IMG/VR virus record: IMGVR_UViG_3300012662_000008
Coordinates: 102,529-166,528 of that record
Direction: 5' to 3' (one strand)
Length of the DNA: 64,000 nucleotides
Origin: a virus
Taxonomy: Duplodnaviria; Caudoviricetes
The position numbers and the translations under genes are program-made. Below the pieces are notes generated by a model, which was not told the origin of the DNA, did not search any database, and worked only from the letters and a program-made list of their open reading frames with translations. Numbering within the stretch: the first letter of the stretch is position 1; every line of letters begins with the position of its first letter. This document shows positions 56,230-64,000 of this stretch, one piece after another.

Positions 56230-57807
56230 ATGTTTAAAGAAATAAAAACTGACAAAGAAGCTAGAGAGTTAATGCTCTCTGGAATGAAAAAACTCGCCAC
56301 TACTGTTGGAGCTACTTTTGGCCCAAATGGTGCTAGTGTAGTTTTATGTGATATTGGAAAACAGCCACATGTTACAAAAGATGGTGTTTCTGTAGCAAAA
56401 GAAATCGAGTTCGATGATCCTTTTGAAAATGCTGGTGCACAATTACTTAAAGAGGCTGCAATCCGTACGGTTAACACAGTGGGAGACAGTACTACAACAG
56501 CAACTATTCTCGGTTATGCGTTTTGTGTACAACTTGCACAATATCTTGACAAACAACCAAAAGTGCAGTTTAGAGAGGAAATTGAGCGAACAAAGAAAGC
56601 TGTTGTTGATTTTATAAAGGCAAATGCAATCGAAATTACAGATGCTGATATAAAGAATATTGCAACAATTTCTGCAAATAATGATCCTGAACTTGGGCAA
56701 CTTATTGCTGATGCGTTTCTTAAAGTAGGTAGGGACGGAATTATTACCGTAGAAGAGTCCAAAAACGCAGATACTACGATCGATATTGTTTCTGGAATGC
56801 AGTTTGATCGAGGTTATGTTTCTCCACATTTTGTTACAGATACAACAAAAGATCAATGTGTTCTTGAAAATCCTTATGTGCTTATAACAGAACATAAAAT
56901 CACTAGAACTCGCGATCTTGTTGGAATCTTGAATCCAGTTGTAGAAGAAGGTAGGCCTATTTTGATTATTGCAGAAGATTATGACGATGCTGTGCTTGAG
57001 GCATTGAAACTTAACAAACTTAACGGCACTCTCGATTGTTGTGCAATAAAGGCCCCATCTTATGGCGAATATCGAAAGAAAGTTCTTGAAGATATTGCCA
57101 TCTTAACTGGTGGTTTTAACGTGTCTTATGACTCTGGACTCGAATTGGTTGACGCAACCAATGCCATTCTTGGCTCTTGCAAGAAAGTAGTTGTTACAAA
57201 AGAAAAGACCACAATTACAGAAGGCAATGGGAATGCCGATCTTATTGAATCTCGAATTACAGACTTAAAAGCAGAATACGAGCGAGTAAAAGCAGATCCT
57301 GTACAACAAGGAGGTTTTGTTGAAAAGTTCCTACAGGAGCGAATTGCGAAACTTACTGGTGGAATCTGTGTTATCCACGTTGGTGGAGGTACCGAACTCG
57401 AAATGCGAGAAAGAAAAGACCGAGTTGATGATGCAGTTTGTGCTACACAAGCAGCTATAGAGGAGGGCATTGTTCCCGGCGGAGCAACTATATATGTGCG
57501 AGCAAGGAAAATTATTACCCGAGAATTTGGTTGGGGAGGTTATATTATCCAAAATGTCCTTAGATTCCCTTTTGAAAATCTTGTTATTACGTCTGGTAGA
57601 GATCCGGAGAAGTACATTGATCTAGTTGAAAATAACGCTGGTTTTGATGCCTTACGCGGTTGTTTTGTTGAAGATATGATAAAAGTTGGAATTGTTGATC
57701 CAGCAAAAGCAGTTAGACTTGCTTTTGAAAATGCAATTTCGATTATGCTACTCTTTTTAAATACCGATGCAATTGTTGCCCCAAAAATGGCAGCACAAAT
57801 AGTTTAG
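56230..57807 (+). CDS. groEL: Chaperonin GroEL-like
   Basis: [36 protein letters not shown] and EEGIVPGG motifs. Confidence 0.95.
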   Translation: MFKEIKTDKEARELMLSGMKKLATTVGATFGPNGASVVLCDIGKQPHVTKDGVSVAKEIEFDDPFENAGAQLLKEAAIRTVNTVGDSTTTATILGYAFCVQLAQYLDKQPKVQFREEIERTKKAVVDFIKANAIEITDADIKNIATISANNDPELGQLIADAFLKVGRDGIITVEESKNADTTIDIVSGMQFDRGYVSPHFVTDTTKDQCVLENPYVLITEHKITRTRDLVGILNPVVEEGRPILIIAEDYDDAVLEALKLNKLNGTLDCCAIKAPSYGEYRKKVLEDIAILTGGFNVSYDSGLELVDATNAILGSCKKVVVTKEKTTITEGNGNADLIESRITDLKAEYERVKADPVQQGGFVEKFLQERIAKLTGGICVIHVGGGTELEMRERKDRVDDAVCATQAAIEEGIVPGGATIYVRARKIITREFGWGGYIIQNVLRFPFENLVITSGRDPEKYIDLVENNAGFDALRGCFVEDMIKVGIVDPAKAVRLAFENAISIMLLFLNTDAIVAPKMAAQIV

Positions 57808-58110
57808 TTATGTTTGAGGAAATAATTAACTTAGCACCATTAGGACATGCTAGAACCGGGCAAATAAAGAAACTGCTGCTTGAAAAAGTTAGTGGAGACA
57901 ATGCAACATATTCCGTTTATACAGAATGGCCTGGTTGTCCAGATCTGGATAAATATATGCTTATTACAACTGATCCTGATACACATGATATAGTTGCAAT
58001 TGATTTCGATGCTGGTCCTTACTTGACCATAGGAGACAAAATAAAAGAAAAAACAATTGTTGGGTTTACTTACGAAGGTAAGTATGACAATATAAAAGTT
58101 ATTTTGTTAG

Positions 58111-58512
58111 ATGATAGACCTACAGATACTATTTCTGATTAAAATTGTTTATATACTTGCTATAGCATATATAATTGGCATACAACGAGAAGCATCTGGA
58201 AAAGATCTTGGGTTTAGATCAATTGCACTTGTTATGTTAGGTGCATTTGCTTTTACCTATACGGCATATAACAGTGATGGAGTTATTGATTATCACGTTA
58301 TTGCGCAGATTGTTTCTGGAATATCTTTTGTAGGTGCCGGTTTGATCTTTAAGGACAAAAATGTTCACAACTTAACTACAGCAATCCTTGTTTGGGTTTG
58401 TGCTGCAATGGGAGTTATGGTTTGTCTTAGTATGTTTATAGAAGTATTTGTTTTAGCCGCAATTACTTGGTTATTATTAATTTATAAAAAGAAACAAAAT
58501 GAAATCGATTAG
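58111..58512 (+). CDS. MgtC/SapB family membrane protein
   Basis: IGIQRE..K..GFRS, AQIVSGISFVGAGLI and LTTA..VW motifs. Confidence 0.85.
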   Translation: MIDLQILFLIKIVYILAIAYIIGIQREASGKDLGFRSIALVMLGAFAFTYTAYNSDGVIDYHVIAQIVSGISFVGAGLIFKDKNVHNLTTAILVWVCAAMGVMVCLSMFIEVFVLAAITWLLLIYKKKQNEID

Positions 58513-58870
58513 GTATTTTTATGGAACTGAGTACAAGGTTGCTATGGTTCCAGTGTTGCTTGATGCCAACAATGAAGTTATTACTGCAATTGGTGATCCT
58601 ACTGGCAAGAAAAAGAGTGTGCCAAGAGTAACAATTTGCTCCATTTACGACTCCGAGAAAAAGACCCTTTCTTTTGGTGTATCAAGATGTTCCACAAAAG
58701 ATGTTTTTAACAAGGAAGTGGGAAAGAAACTCGCACTTGCTCGTGCAGAGAACAATCCAATTGATGTTATGTATATCGAAAATAAGGCACAATTGGGAAA
58801 AATCTGTACGCAGAGATGTCTCGAACTAGAAGACGAGGCTTGCGACTGGACTTATCCGATTAAGTTTTAA
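58499..58870 (+). CDS. Hypothetical phage protein
   Basis: GVSRCSTKDVFNKEVGKKLALARA pattern. Confidence 0.7.
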   Translation: MKSIRYFYGTEYKVAMVPVLLDANNEVITAIGDPTGKKKSVPRVTICSIYDSEKKTLSFGVSRCSTKDVFNKEVGKKLALARAENNPIDVMYIENKAQLGKICTQRCLELEDEACDWTYPIKF

Positions 58871-59328
58871 TGGAGAAATATGTTGTTTACTGTGATGGCT
58901 CGTATCAGGACTCGATAAAAGCGGGTGGATGAAGTTCTGTTATTCTAAAAGACGGAAAAGTCTTTAAAAAGCTTTATATGGGTTTAAAAAACACCACGAA
59001 TAATAGATGCGAAATTCGTGGTGTTTTAGAAACTCTGAAATATTTTAAGGAACCAACAGAACTAGAAATTCACTGTGATTCCCAATATGTTATTAACTCG
59101 ATTGTTAATGGGCATGCAAAAAAGTGATTTGATGATCAGGATTTTACCAAAAAGAATCTTGATTTGTGGTGAGAATTACTTGAACAATTGCCTAGACACA
59201 ATGTGACTTTTGTTTGAGTTAAGGGGCACAATGGTGACGAATATAACGAGTTAGCAGATATGTTAGCTGTACACGCGGCACAATGCTTGAATATACCAGA
59301 AGATGAAATCTGTAAGATTGATTTTTAA
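58870..59328 (+). CDS. rnhA: Ribonuclease HI (152 aa, four TGA=Trp; absent from the track)
   Basis: YCDGS, GG(TGA), TTNNRCE, CDSQYV, KNLDLW, (TGA)VKGH and NELADMLA motifs. Confidence 0.92.
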
Positions 59329-60174
59329 GAAAATTGGGAATCATTGGTACTTGAATATAAAACACCACAATCCCAATGATTTAATTTTAGATAGAAAGAT
59401 TGAGTTGTTTTTGAATAAGTTAGATATTTATGACGAAGGAATTGTCGATAATATCTGGCTTTTTGAGCAAGGAGATTATATAATTGAGGAAGGTCTTATA
59501 CAATTTAGCGAGGAAGATATGACTCGTTATTTTACCACAGAAGATGATTTTACAATGAAAATTTATATTGATAAGTATGAATTTTATTTAACATCTAGAT
59601 TATATAATTTGCTCGAATTGAATTACGACCTCGATTTACATGAATCCGTTTATAGAATTGCACTAGATGAAATATAAGGAATCTGAAGAGCAGCAGCCAA
59701 CTGTAGAAATTGCAATTGAAACGCAGGAAGAAGAATGTCCAATTGAGAAAGAGCAAAAAGATCTCGTTAAAATCTACAAGAAGATGATTAAGGAGCATCT
59801 TGAATTGATAGATAGTTCTTTGTGTACAATTAGAAGAATGATGGACAAACTTTATGAGTGCGGAGAAGATAACAATCCACGGGAAACTAGTTGCTAAACA
59901 AGACGGAATTTATATTAATTACGTCTTTAAAAATTTGGACGAAGATGATAAGAGTTTGTATAAGTATATAACTGTTACACAATGTCCGAATTGACAAAAT
60001 GTAGGTACTTTAACAATCGGGGACGAAGGTTTTGTTACTTTTGAATATGCCGAAGCTGGCGATGAATATTTGGAGGCAAACACAGACCAAGTTAAGCGAT
60101 ATAAGTACACTGCACTTTATTTTATGAATTTTATAAAAACAAAAGATATAAAAGATAAAAATTATAGTTTTTAG
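59303..60174 (+). other. Three hypothetical CDS (59303..59677, 59667..59897, 59854..60174 with one TGA)
   Basis: Overlapping junctions; CPN(TGA)QN read through in the third. Confidence 0.65.
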
Positions 60175-60176
60175 AT

Positions 60177-61022
60177 ATGAAAGAAAACACAACAGAGTTT
60201 GGAAGTGCAATTGCACAGGCAATTAAGACAGATATTAACCAGTACGTATGAAAGCGTAGGTCCGGAGAGGAAATACGGTTGATGGATATGGATGCTACGG
60301 AGTTGAATCGTGCATATAAGCATGTGCATGAAATGCTATATAACGAAGATAAGTACGTGCCTGGAAAGTATCAAACTAAAATAAATATGCAATACCTTAT
60401 CAATCAATGCAATGCAGAATTATTCAAGAGATACTTGATATATGAATGCAATATTGAAGCACTTAAAACTCCAATGCAAATTGTTACTCTTATTAGGGAG
60501 TACAAAAAGCAAAACAATCTTACTGACTCTGATCCTGTCTCTACTCTGTTTGATCACTTACCACAGGAGTTTGAGAGTGTGACTTATGGTGATCTTATCG
60601 CCGCTTGTCTTGACCAGCTTGAAGTTATTAATAGAAAAATGATTTCGCAGCATTTTATCCTTTCCAAAGGAATCTGACTTACTGAGCCTGAGAAAGAAGA
60701 ACTTTCTGAAAGAGATGATGAAGGAAAGAAAAGGCCATGGCTCGATGTTGTAAAGGAACGTTGTTTAATGCCTAGTGAAGTAAAGTTGAGAATTGATCCA
60801 AGAGGTTTTTCTTATAGTGAGTTTAGGGCGCTTATTCATCTTGCTCCACTGCCAAAGATTTCTGGTCTTTCCTCTGATACTCTGAGACTTATGCGAGACA
60901 AAGTTTTTCCAATGCTTTCTGAAGATACAGATTGGCATATTAAGAGGTGGACTGGAATTGCCAAACAAATAGAAGAGGTGGCCAATTATAAAGGAATTGA
61001 ACTTTTAAAGTTTGAAAAGTAA
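60177..61022 (+). CDS. Hypothetical protein upstream of the DNA polymerase (281 aa, TGA=Trp)
   Basis: Track ORFs 60279..60677 and 60768..61022 lie in one frame from ATG 60177. Confidence 0.75.
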
Positions 61023-62908
61023 TGATTATTAAAGGAAAAACTGTTTTTGTGTACGATGTAGAAGTGTTTCCAAACTTGTTCACTTGTTGCATAAAAAACA
61101 GTGAATCTGGAAATATAGTTAATTATGAAATATCGTCTCGAAATAATGAAATTGAAAGCATATATAATATATTTCACAATAAAAATATTATATTTTGTGG
61201 CTATAATAATCTACATTATGATGATCCTATAATTAACTATATTTTAATGAGTTACGAGGTTCTACATTTTGATGATTATTATAATATATGTCGAAAAATA
61301 AAAGAACTTAGTGATACAATTATTGAAACAAAAGACAATAATTTTTCCTCGTGATCAAAATATAAATATGCGCATCTTTTTCCAAGTTTTGATCTACTAG
61401 CAATGATGTTTTCTAGTAAGTTACGTGTTGGATTAAAAGAGATGCAAGTGACAATGCAATATAAAAATGTGCAGGAATATGATGGCGATTTTAACTCGTT
61501 AGTTCCGCAAAACGACATTGATGATGTTCTTGAATATAATAGAAATGATGTCGAATCTACTTGTGAATTGCTTTCTCGATTAAAAGAAGATATTGATCTT
61601 AGATTAGCAATTGAAAAAGAATATGGAATTAACGTACTTAGCAAGGATGGCGTTAATATTGGAATGGAAATTATAAAATCTCGTTATTTAAAAGAAACTG
61701 GACTTACTTGAAATGAAATAAAAGACAAAAAAAGTGAGTGCACATCTCTTTGTTTAGGTGATATAATTTTCGATTTTATCCAATTTAAAACCAAAACTTT
61801 ACAAGACCTTTTAAAAGACCTTAAAAATCAAACAATTACTCCAAACGATAACTCTTTTGAAAGAAAATTTATACTCGGAGGGGTTCCTCACACATTTGGC
61901 ATGGGAGGAATACATAGTGTTAATGAGCCAGAGCAATTTGAGCCTAAAGATTCGCAACTGCTTATAGATCAAGATGTTACCTCTATGTATCCAAGTATTA
62001 TATTACAACACAAAGTATATCCCCCACATCTTGGCGAAGCGTTTTTAACTGTTTATCAAAAGATTAAAGACGATCGTGTGAAGGCAAAACACGAAGGTAA
62101 CAAACTTGTTGACAAAACACTAAAACTTGCATTAAATGGACTTTCTGGAAACTTACAATCAGAACATTCTTGGGTATATTCTCCAAAAACAGCATTAACA
62201 ATCCGAATAAATGGACAGTTAATGCTTTTAATGTTAGCAGAGGCTCTTGATCAAATTGGAGCACAAATTATCCAATCCAACACAGATGGTGTGTTTATTT
62301 TGCTTGATAAAAGTAAACTTAATGAAATGCAAAATGTTGTTAACTGGTGAGAGAAAACTACCAAATTAACACTAGAGGCAGATTATTTTGAGCGTTTTTA
62401 TCAGTTTGCAATTAACGATTATGTTGGAGTTAAAAAGGGTTGGTCTGAGACACATGATCCAAAATTAATTAAAAAGAAGGGCCTTTTTATTGACTCTGTT
62501 ACTCTTGGGAAAGGGATGGCTCCAACAATTGTTGCAGAAGCTATAAATAACTATCTTGTACTTGGAAAAGAAGTTGATGAAACTCTTAAAGAGTGCGACG
62601 ATATATTAAAATTTTGTACTTACCAGAAGGTTAGTAAAGATTTTCTTGTAGAATATAACGAGCATATAATTAGACGCATAAATCGTTATTATATGTCCAC
62701 AGATGGAGGAAAAATGTATAAATGTAAAAGAGATCCTCTTACTCTAAAATTAAAGAACTACATTTCGATGTGCCCTAGTAAAGTAACGTTATATAACGAG
62801 TTTAATGAAATGCCAATAAAAGAACGACATATAAATTATACTTATTATCGATCTGAGGCATATAAAATAATAGATGCAATTAAATCGAAACAATTAATGT
62901 TATTTTAA
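61022..62908 (+). CDS. polB: DNA polymerase family B (628 aa, three TGA=Trp)
   Basis: Exonuclease YDVE and GYNNLHYD; polymerase DVTSMYPS, KLALNGLSG and NTDG; four track fragments in one frame. Confidence 0.92.
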
Positions 62909-62909
62909 T

Positions 62910-64000
62910 ATGCTTACTAGAACAGAACGACAAAAACTTGCATTAAAACGATGAGTAGAAGCCAGTTGCACCGCAGTCGTCTCAGCGTGCACTGGCTTCG
63001 GTTAAGCAAAACGAGATTGGCAATAATGGCAATTTCGTTGCTACTAAAACAAAATCCGGATGCATATATAATTGTTAGTGTTCCTACACAGTACTTGAAA
63101 GATCAATGGATTGCAGAATTAGAAAAATACAGTCTTGTTAATAATTGCGATGTAATTATAGTGAATACAATCGTTAAACATACGTATGTTGTTGATTTAC
63201 TGATAGTTGACGAAATTCATGCTACAGCCTCAGACATGTTTCAGAAGATTTTTACGGCAGTTAACTATAAAATGATTTTAGGACTTACTGCAACTCTTGA
63301 AAGACTTGATGGGAAAGAGATAATTATAAAAAAGTATGCACCGGTATGTGACACAATTACTCTTGATGAAGCAACACAAAATGGATGGGTTTCACCTGCG
63401 AAACATTATCTTGTTCTCTTGAATGTTGATTTAAAAGAATATAAGGAACTAGATAGGAAATTTAATAGTTATTTTGCGTTCTTTGGCTTCGATTTTAACT
63501 GTGCGATGTCAGCTTTGCAAGAATGACCGTATCGCAATAAGTTTGCGAAACAGATTGGGTCTGATCCAAAAACTGTTTTGCAGATGGCAGCACAATGAAT
63601 GAAGGCATTACACGCAAGAAAGGCTTTTATAGAGAATCATCCGAAGAAAATTGAAATTTGCAGACAGATTTTAGATGCTAGACAAGACACAAAATGCATA
63701 ACTTTTTGTCCAACAATAAAATTTGCAGAATCAATAAAAAGAGGGATTGTTTTACACTCTGGCAAGAAAGCATCTGAAAACAAAAAGGCAATCGAAGATT
63801 TTAACGTTGCTACTGAAGGAGTACTTAACTCCTCAAAAATGTGCAGGGAGGGCTGCGATATTGCTGGTTTAACAACTGGCGTTATAATGGATGTAGATAG
63901 TTCCAAACGATCTAGCATACAAAAAGCTGGAAGATGCGTTCGTTACTCGCCTGGAAAAACAGCCGAAATCTTTACTCTCGTTATTAACAACACCCAGGAA
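62910..64000 (+). CDS. Superfamily 2 (DExH) helicase, runs off window; Walker A interrupted by 5 nt at 63003-63007
   Basis: CTGFG|KTR, DEIH, LGLTAT, EGCDI and QKAGR motifs; internal TGAs. Confidence 0.85.

Overview
This is 64 kb of an AT-rich, crAss-like (Crassvirales-type) bacteriophage genome. A Bacteroidota host is inferred from repeated TAnnTTTG promoter motifs. The phage recodes TGA as Trp in part of its genome, so the supplied code-11 ORF track fragments many genes; the CDS coordinates below were rebuilt by hand with TGA=Trp. Positions 1-28.9 kb are mostly minus strand and form the late/structural arm: tail-fibre-like genes, a portal with one ORF-less group I intron, a large terminase with two LAGLIDADG-encoding group I introns, GroES, an exonuclease, an M15 endolysin and a block of effector-like genes. 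Positions 29-51 kb are mostly plus strand and form an early arm that reads in standard code: a GC-rich gene island, ClpP, tRNAs, a DUF2828/TROVE-VWA-like gene and many small hypotheticals. Positions 51-64 kb are plus strand and recoded again: an opal-suppressor tRNA(UCA), a micro-gene paralog array, an AAA ATPase, GroEL, RNase H, a family-B DNA polymerase and an SF2 helicase. The most unusual signals are four. (1) The TROVE-like gene has an attenuator-like leader whose stem-CAGCAUU motif recurs inside a 41-nt insertion in a downstream tRNA. (2) The helicase Walker A motif is split by a 5-nt stop-containing gap behind a strong hairpin, a candidate translational bypass. (3) Two zincin plus small-partner cassettes are tandemly duplicated. 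(4) Two Rep-like genes each have their own 21-bp iteron array. All family assignments come from motif recognition; no database search was run.
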